NCBI RefSeq assembly: GCF_000332275.1 | Contig: NZ_CM001776.1 | Location: 2,096,789-2,128,788 of the forward strand | Length of the DNA stretch: 32,000 bases | Direction of reading: 5' to 3' | Origin: Synechococcus sp. PCC 7336 | GTDB taxonomy: Bacteria > Cyanobacteriota > Cyanobacteriia > Thermostichales > PCC-7336 | Program-made: the position numbers and the translations under genes | The notes under the pieces: model-generated | What the model saw: the letters and a program-made list of their open reading frames with translations, nothing else | Database searches by the model: none | What the model was told of the DNA's origin: nothing | Part shown: in pieces, positions 26,029 to 32,000 of the stretch | Layout: the number at the start of each line of letters is the position of its first letter | Numbering within the stretch: the stretch's first letter is position 1

Positions 26029-26667
26029 TCACGTTCCCGCTCGATTGCGAAGCTCTTCTGGCAGATGGGAGCGATCGCCCAATCGCTGCAGTAAAGGGCC
26101 GTGGCGATCGAACTTCACTAAACTGACCGAAGCCACAGGCATCTCGATGCGATCGCGATAGCGGCCTAAATCAATCCCGAGGAGGCTGCAGAGAAGAATC
26201 CGAATCGTGGTTTTGTGGGAGACAACCAGGACATTGCCCGTCGTAAATTTATCCTCAATTTCTGCGATCGCCAGCGAGGCGCGGCTGGCAACCTGAACCC
26301 CCGTCTCGCCGCCCGTCGGGGGATTCCAGGCTGGTTCTGTGAGCCAACGAACGTAATCGTCAGGATAGTGTTCTCGCACGTAGTCCGGCATTCGATCTTC
26401 CCATTCTCCAAAATGCATTTCTTTCAGTCCCTCTCGAATTTGCAGATCGACACCAGCCGCCTCGCACAAGGACTTAGCCGTCGTGACGGTGCGTTGCATC
26501 GGACTGGCAAAAATAGCTGACCAAGGTACTGCCCGATAGGCATCGGCGAAGGCTTGTGCCATTTGTAAACCCGCTGGTGTCAGTCCTGGGTCGAGAGCGC
26601 CGCAGTAGCCGCCGGTCTGGCTGTGGGTGGTTTCGCCATGCCGCAAAAAATAGAGACTCAGACTCAT
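26029..26667 (-). CDS. Histidine phosphatase (phosphoglycerate mutase-like) family protein
   Basis: LSLYFLRHGETTHSQTGGYCG...LTPAGLQMAQAFADAY...IFASPMQRTVTTAKSLCEAAG...LKEMHFGEWEDR...VLVVSHKTTIRILLC. Confidence 0.93.
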   Translation of the reverse strand: MSLSLYFLRHGETTHSQTGGYCGALDPGLTPAGLQMAQAFADAYRAVPWSAIFASPMQRTVTTAKSLCEAAGVDLQIREGLKEMHFGEWEDRMPDYVREHYPDDYVRWLTEPAWNPPTGGETGVQVASRASLAIAEIEDKFTTGNVLVVSHKTTIRILLCSLLGIDLGRYRDRIEMPVASVSLVKFDRHGPLLQRLGDRSHLPEELRNRAGT

Positions 26668-26686
26668 GATTGGGTTCAATCCCTTG

Positions 26687-29221
26687 CTAGCGAACGTTTA
26701 AGACAGCGTTGGCCTGAACGTAATTCTGAAGTTGAACCGGAACGGGCTGAACCTGCCAGATTTTCTCGGCGTACTCCCGAATGGAACGATCTGACGAGAA
26801 CTTGCCCATTCGAGCCGTATTCAGAATAGACATGCGAGTCCAATGTTCTGCATCGCGATAGGCTTGGCTCACCTGCTCTTGGCATTCGATATAGGACTGA
26901 TAGTCGGCGAGGAGGAAATAGGGATCGCGATCGAGTAACTTATCGAGGAGGGGGCGGAATAAGTCGCGATCGCCGTGGGAGAAATAGCCGGACTCGATCC
27001 GAGCCACGGCTTCCTTCAGTTCGGGGTTGCGATCGCAGTAGTGACGCGGACAATAGCCCCGATCTTGCAATTGAGCGATCCCTTCAACAGAGAGACCAAA
27101 CAGACAGAAATTCTCCGCCCCAACAGACTCGCGAATTTCGATATTGGCTCCGTCGAGGGTGCCAATGGTGAGAGCCCCGTTGAGGGAAAACTTCATGTTG
27201 CCCGTGCCCGAGGCTTCTTTGCCTGCGGTGGAAATTTGTTCCGACAAGTCTGCGGATGGGTAGACCAGCTGACTGTTCTTGACGTTATAGTCTGGCAGAA
27301 ACACCACTTTGAGGCGATCGCGAACATCCGGGTCTCGATTGACGACATCGCCCACAGAAGTAATGAGCTTAATGACGAGCTTCGCCATGAAATATCCCGG
27401 CGCAGCCTTGCCGCCAAAGATAAACGTCCGCGCTGGCATATCGAGATCGAGATTGTGCTTGAGGCGATTGTAGAGGGTGATGATGTGCAGAACGTTGAGA
27501 TGCTGGCGCTTGTACTCGTGGATGCGCTTCACCTGAATATCGAACATCGAATCTGGGTTGACCGCGATCCCCGTGCGGTCCAGGATGCGCTGGGCGAGTG
27601 CCTGCTTGTTCGCCTGTTTGACCTGCCGCCACTCTGCTCGAAAGGCCGAGTCAGCTGCGAAGGCTTCTAGTTTTTTGAGGTCTTCTAAATGGACTATCCA
27701 GCGATCGCCAATGGTGCGAGTGATTAGGTCGGTCAGCCTGGGGTTACTCAAAACCATCCAGCGTCGCGGCGTGACGCCGTTGGTCACATTGATGATTTTT
27801 TCGGGCCAAAGTTCGTGAAAGTCTTGCAGCACAGTTTGCTCGAGCAACTCGCTGTGGAGTGCGGCAACGCCGTTAATGCGATGGCTGCCGATACAGGCTA
27901 GGTGAGCCATGCGCACGTATCTTTCACCACTTTCGTCAATCAAAGACAGCCGCGAGAGTTTTCCCATGTCATTGATGTACTTCACCCGAATCCAATCCAA
28001 AAATCGTCGGTTGATTTCGTAGACAATTTCTAGATGTCTGGGCAGCAGGCGTCCAAACAGACTGAGGGGCCACTTTTCTAACGCTTCGGGCAGGAGCGTA
28101 TGGTTGGTGTAGGCAAAGGTTTTTTGGGTAACATCCCAAGCCAGCTCCCAATCGAGATGGTGCTCGTCCACTAACAACCGCATCAGTTCGGCCACGCCAA
28201 TGGCAGGATGGGTGTCATTGAGCTGTACGGCAAATCGTTCGTGAAAGCGCTCTAGATCCCCCCCGGTTGCAAGATGTATGCGAATCATGTCTTGCAGCGC
28301 ACAGGAAACGAAAAAATACTGCTGCCCCAAGCGCAACTGCTTGCCTTGAACGGGTTCGTCATTGGGGTAAAGCACCTTGGTGAAATTCTCTGACACCACC
28401 TTTTGGTTCACAGCCCCGTAATAATTCCCGACATTAAAGGCATTAAAGTCGAAGGACTCGGGCGCTTCTGCTTTCCAGAGGCGCAATGTATTGGCTGTGT
28501 TGACCCGATAGCCCAGAATGGGCGTGTCGTAGGGAATGCCTTTGACCACTTGGTGCGGCACCCAACGCACTCGATAGTGTCCTGCTTCATCTGTATAGGT
28601 TTCTGTATAGCCTGCAAAATTCACCAGCACTGAGGATTCTGGGCGGGGGATCTCCCAAGGATTGCCAAACTGCAGCCACTTATCGGTAATCTCCGCCTGC
28701 CAGCCATCGCGAATTTCTTGGTCGAAAATGCCGAATTCGTAGCGGATGCCGTAGCCAATGGCCGGAATCTCCAGCGTTGCCAGAGAGTCCATATAGCAGG
28801 CCGCCAAGCGCCCCAGGCCGCCATTCCCCAAACCCGGTTCCTCTTCCTGCTCCAGCAACGCTTCCAGATCGAGCCCAGACTCGATAACGGCCTGTTTGAC
28901 GCGATCGTAAATGCCTAAATTGATTGCGTTATTCCCCAGGTGAGGTCCCTCCAGAAATTCGGCAGAGAGATAGGCAACGACCTTGACGTCGGGCTGCATG
29001 TAGGTCTGCACTGTGGCAATCCAGCGCTGCAGGAGGCGATCGCGCACGGTGTAGGCCAGCGCCATGTAGTAGTCATTCAGAGTCGCAATCTCTGGAAACT
29101 TGCCCTGGATGTAAAACAGGTTATCGGCGATCGCCCGCCGCAAAGTTTCAATGCCCAGACCGGTGCGATCGTCCTCGATTTGGACGGTCGGTTGCGCGTC
29201 TATATTCTTAGAGCTTGTCAC
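26687..29221 (-). CDS. glgP: Glycogen/alpha-glucan phosphorylase
   Basis: YLSAEFLEGPHLGNNAINLGI...EEEPGLGNGGLGRLAACYMDSLATLEIPAIGYGIRYEFGIF...FSLNGALTIGTLDGANIEIRE. GTG at 29221 preceded by AAGGAG is the likely start. Confidence 0.97.
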   Translation of the reverse strand: MTSSKNIDAQPTVQIEDDRTGLGIETLRRAIADNLFYIQGKFPEIATLNDYYMALAYTVRDRLLQRWIATVQTYMQPDVKVVAYLSAEFLEGPHLGNNAINLGIYDRVKQAVIESGLDLEALLEQEEEPGLGNGGLGRLAACYMDSLATLEIPAIGYGIRYEFGIFDQEIRDGWQAEITDKWLQFGNPWEIPRPESSVLVNFAGYTETYTDEAGHYRVRWVPHQVVKGIPYDTPILGYRVNTANTLRLWKAEAPESFDFNAFNVGNYYGAVNQKVVSENFTKVLYPNDEPVQGKQLRLGQQYFFVSCALQDMIRIHLATGGDLERFHERFAVQLNDTHPAIGVAELMRLLVDEHHLDWELAWDVTQKTFAYTNHTLLPEALEKWPLSLFGRLLPRHLEIVYEINRRFLDWIRVKYINDMGKLSRLSLIDESGERYVRMAHLACIGSHRINGVAALHSELLEQTVLQDFHELWPEKIINVTNGVTPRRWMVLSNPRLTDLITRTIGDRWIVHLEDLKKLEAFAADSAFRAEWRQVKQANKQALAQRILDRTGIAVNPDSMFDIQVKRIHEYKRQHLNVLHIITLYNRLKHNLDLDMPARTFIFGGKAAPGYFMAKLVIKLITSVGDVVNRDPDVRDRLKVVFLPDYNVKNSQLVYPSADLSEQISTAGKEASGTGNMKFSLNGALTIGTLDGANIEIRESVGAENFCLFGLSVEGIAQLQDRGYCPRHYCDRNPELKEAVARIESGYFSHGDRDLFRPLLDKLLDRDPYFLLADYQSYIECQEQVSQAYRDAEHWTRMSILNTARMGKFSSDRSIREYAEKIWQVQPVPVQLQNYVQANAVLNVR

Positions 29222-29309
29222 GGTACGTTTTCTCCTTGCCTTCCCTAGCAATAACAGAGCGAGGGAAGCTGAGCCATGGCTCAACTTCCCCGCCTCCAGC
29301 TTGCGAACA

Positions 29310-31724
29310 TTAGCTAAAGGGCCACTTCCAGTCGATCATTTCGGGCTTATCCATCCCGTGGGTAAATGCGTAGTGGGTGTGCTCGATAATCGCGTTTTTC
29401 ATGCGCTCTTTGACATAAGCGGCACGGGAACGCAGAGAGGGCACGCGGTCAATGACATCGATGACTAAATTGAAGCGATCGATTTGATTTTCAATCGCCA
29501 GTTCCAGAGGCGTGTTGATATTGCCCTCTTCCTTATAGCCGCGCACGTGAATGCGCTCTTGATTGCTGCGGCGATAGACCAATTTGTGAATTAACCAAGG
29601 ATAGCCGTGGAAGTTAAAGATGATAGGTTTATCGGGCGTAAACAGCGTATCGAAGTCGCGGTTCGACAAGCCGTGGGGGTGCTCGCGCTCGTCCACTAGA
29701 GTCAGTAAATCGACGACGTTGATAAATCGAACCGCGAGCTCGGGGAACTCTTCCCGCAGAATGGCCGTAGCTGCCAGTGACTCCATCGTCGGAATATCGC
29801 CACAGCAGGCCATGACAACATCTGGCACGTCAGGAGCGGTACCGCAATCGTCGTTGCTCGCCCATTCCCAGATGCCCAGCCCCTTAGTGCAATGGGCGAT
29901 CGCCTCCTCCATCGTCAAATACTGCAAGTGCTTCTGCTTGTCAGACACAATGATGTTGACGTAGTCCCGACTGCGCAGGCAGTGATCCGCCACTGATAGT
30001 AGGCAGTTGGCGTCGGGTGGAAAGTAGACGCGCACGACATCGGCACTCTTGTTGGTGACCAGATCGATGTAGCCCGGATCTTGGTGGCTGAAGCCATTGT
30101 GATCCTGTCTCCACACGGTTGAAGAGAGCATGATATTGAGGGAGGCAACGGGAGCGCGCCAAGGAACGTCTTTCTTGCAAATATCCAACCACTTGGCGTG
30201 CTGGTTGAACATCGAGTCCACCACGTGAGCGAAGGCTTCGTAGGTATGGAAGAAGCCGTGCCGTCCCGACAGCAGGTAACCTTCCAACCAGCCCTGCAAG
30301 GTGTGCTCGCTGAGCATCTCCATCACCCGACCGTCTGGAGACAGTTCGCCGCCGTCTTCGTCCTCCGGCAAATAATCGGCCATCCAGGTCTTTTTACTGA
30401 CTTCATAAATGGATTGCAGGCGGTTGGAGGCTGTTTCGTCCGGGCCGAATACGCGGAAGTTCTCCATGTTTTTGCGCATCACTTCCCGCAGGAAGTCGCC
30501 GAGTACGCGAGTATTCTCCACTTCAACGGTGCCCGGTTGGGGGATCTCGACAGCCAGCTCGCGGAAGTCGGGCATGCGCAGTTCCTTGCGCACCCTGCCG
30601 CCATTGGCGATCGGATTGTCGCTCATGCGGCGATCGCCCTTGGGAGCCAATTCCTTCAGTTCGGACAGCAGCGTGCCGTTGGCGTCAAACAGCTCCTCGG
30701 GCTTGTAGCCCTTCATCCAAGTTTCCAGCATTTCTAGGTGCTGCGGGTTGCTGTGCATTCCTCCCATCGGTACTTGATGAGCCCGCCAAAACCCTTCCAC
30801 CTTGTGACCGTCCACCTCTTGAGGCCCCGTCCAGCCTTTAGGCGTGCGGAGGACAATCATCGGCCAGCGGGGACGTTTAGCGACGCCCGTACTGCGAGCT
30901 TCTGCCTGAATAGAGCGAATCTGGCTGATGCACTCTTCCATAACAGAAGCCATCTTCTGGTGCATCAGTTCTGGGTCGTCCCCCTCAACCACATAGGGGG
31001 TGTAACCGTAGCCTCTGAACAAACTGTCCAGTTCTTCCGACGAAATCCTGGCCAGGATGGTGGGGTTAGCAATTTTGTAGCCGTTCAGGTTGAGGATGGG
31101 CAAAACAGCCCCGTCGCGAATGGGGTTGAGAAATTTGTTGGAGTGCCAAGCCGTAGCCAGGGGGCCAGTCTCGGCTTCGCCATCCCCCACAACGACAGCA
31201 ACAACGAGGTCGGGATTGTCGAACGCAGCTCCGTAGGCGTGAGCGAGGCTGTAACCCAGCTCGCCGCCCTCGTGGATGGAACCGGGCAGTTCGGGGGTGC
31301 AGTGGCTGCCAATGCCGCCAGGGAAGGAGAACCACTGAAAGAGGTTTTTCAGACCCTCTTCGTCTTCGCTCTTATCGGGATAGACCTCGGAATAGGTTCC
31401 CTCCAAATAAACGGGCCCAATTACTCCCGGAGCACCGTGACCGGGGCCAGCCATGAAGATGGCATTTAGGTCGTATTGATTAATCAGTCGATTGAGGTGT
31501 ATATAGGAAAAGCTCAAGGCAGGAGATGCACCCCAATGTCCGAGCAGTCGTCGTTTAACGTGCTCGGGGCGCAATGGCTCCTTCAAGAGAGGATTCTCTT
31601 GCAAATAAATCATGCCAGCCGCGAGATAGTTGCAAGCTCGCCAGTAAGCGTCAATTTTGCGCAACTCATCTTTAGCGAGCGCCACTGGCATAGAAATTGC
31701 TTTTGGATTGGGGGCTTGAACCAT
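29310..31724 (-). CDS. xfp: Xylulose-5-phosphate/fructose-6-phosphate phosphoketolase
   Basis: [24 protein letters not shown]...[35 protein letters not shown]...[25 protein letters not shown]...; ATG at 31724 with AGGAGAG upstream. Confidence 0.98.
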   Translation of the reverse strand: MVQAPNPKAISMPVALAKDELRKIDAYWRACNYLAAGMIYLQENPLLKEPLRPEHVKRRLLGHWGASPALSFSYIHLNRLINQYDLNAIFMAGPGHGAPGVIGPVYLEGTYSEVYPDKSEDEEGLKNLFQWFSFPGGIGSHCTPELPGSIHEGGELGYSLAHAYGAAFDNPDLVVAVVVGDGEAETGPLATAWHSNKFLNPIRDGAVLPILNLNGYKIANPTILARISSEELDSLFRGYGYTPYVVEGDDPELMHQKMASVMEECISQIRSIQAEARSTGVAKRPRWPMIVLRTPKGWTGPQEVDGHKVEGFWRAHQVPMGGMHSNPQHLEMLETWMKGYKPEELFDANGTLLSELKELAPKGDRRMSDNPIANGGRVRKELRMPDFRELAVEIPQPGTVEVENTRVLGDFLREVMRKNMENFRVFGPDETASNRLQSIYEVSKKTWMADYLPEDEDGGELSPDGRVMEMLSEHTLQGWLEGYLLSGRHGFFHTYEAFAHVVDSMFNQHAKWLDICKKDVPWRAPVASLNIMLSSTVWRQDHNGFSHQDPGYIDLVTNKSADVVRVYFPPDANCLLSVADHCLRSRDYVNIIVSDKQKHLQYLTMEEAIAHCTKGLGIWEWASNDDCGTAPDVPDVVMACCGDIPTMESLAATAILREEFPELAVRFINVVDLLTLVDEREHPHGLSNRDFDTLFTPDKPIIFNFHGYPWLIHKLVYRRSNQERIHVRGYKEEGNINTPLELAIENQIDRFNLVIDVIDRVPSLRSRAAYVKERMKNAIIEHTHYAFTHGMDKPEMIDWKWPFS

Positions 31725-31760
31725 TTTCCGTCTCTCCTTGAAGATGCTGCCAGTCATGAA

Positions 31761-31780
31761 GCTTTCTAGATCTAGAAAGC
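31761..31780. promoter_or_regulatory. Perfect 20-bp palindrome upstream of xfp; candidate operator or 5'-leader element
   Basis: GCTTTCTAGATCTAGAAAGC is identical to its reverse complement; lies 36 bp upstream of the xfp start codon. Confidence 0.6.
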
Positions 31781-32000
31781 AACAGTGTTTGTTTGAGAGG
31801 AAGTCTGAAAGTCAACTCGAGATCGCAATTATTTAACCTAAATCGATCCATTTACATACTGAAACTCTTGCTCCCTAATTGGGAAATAAGATCTTCAAGT
31901 TCGGCATAGGGACTGTTCAGACGTCCGTCGAGCCAAAATCAAGATAAATTACTTTTTGTAACAGAGTGCAAAGGCTTAATAAAATAGTAAGCATTCGCAA

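Noticed and set aside
30198-31469. Plus-strand ORFs of 179 and 243 aa antisense to xfp
   Set aside because: Complementary to the strongly conserved phosphoketolase coding sequence; no recognisable domain.

Overview
This 32 kb window is cyanobacterial chromosome, judged by frequent HIP1 octamers (GCGATCGC), an IctB-like protein, the prolycopene isomerase CrtH and a PIN-PhoH protein. Most genes look like core housekeeping or metabolism. On the minus strand at the left edge is a truncated ictB-like gene (1..822) that the ORF track missed because it runs off the window. It is followed by a small secreted protein, and by a minus-strand cluster of a PIG-V-like mannosyltransferase, a pentapeptide-repeat protein with a TIR/deoxyribosyltransferase-like C-terminal domain, and a large membrane GTPase. 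An accessory patch at about 6.3-9.3 kb carries a CopG/ParE-type toxin-antitoxin pair, an apparently complete IS200/IS605 element (tnpA and tnpB divergent) and a DUF29 gene. The IS element has matching bulged-hairpin ends, which allow its likely omega-RNA scaffold and guide to be placed. The rest holds a siroheme nitrite/sulfite reductase with an unusual C-terminal extension and four perfect 17-bp tandem repeats upstream, then cyclophilin, DUF3084/RuvX-like/PotD-like genes, MscS, PIN-PhoH, crtH, an FHA protein, a PMT-like glycosyltransferase and coaD. A tight xfp-glgP-phosphatase-ackA operon closes the window, with a perfect 20-bp palindrome just upstream. I see no CRISPR array or rRNA and could not identify a tRNA. 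The best candidates for something under-described are the pentapeptide/TIR-like plus membrane GTPase pair, the TnpB element, the reductase leader repeats and the xfp operon palindrome. None is proven to be a new system.
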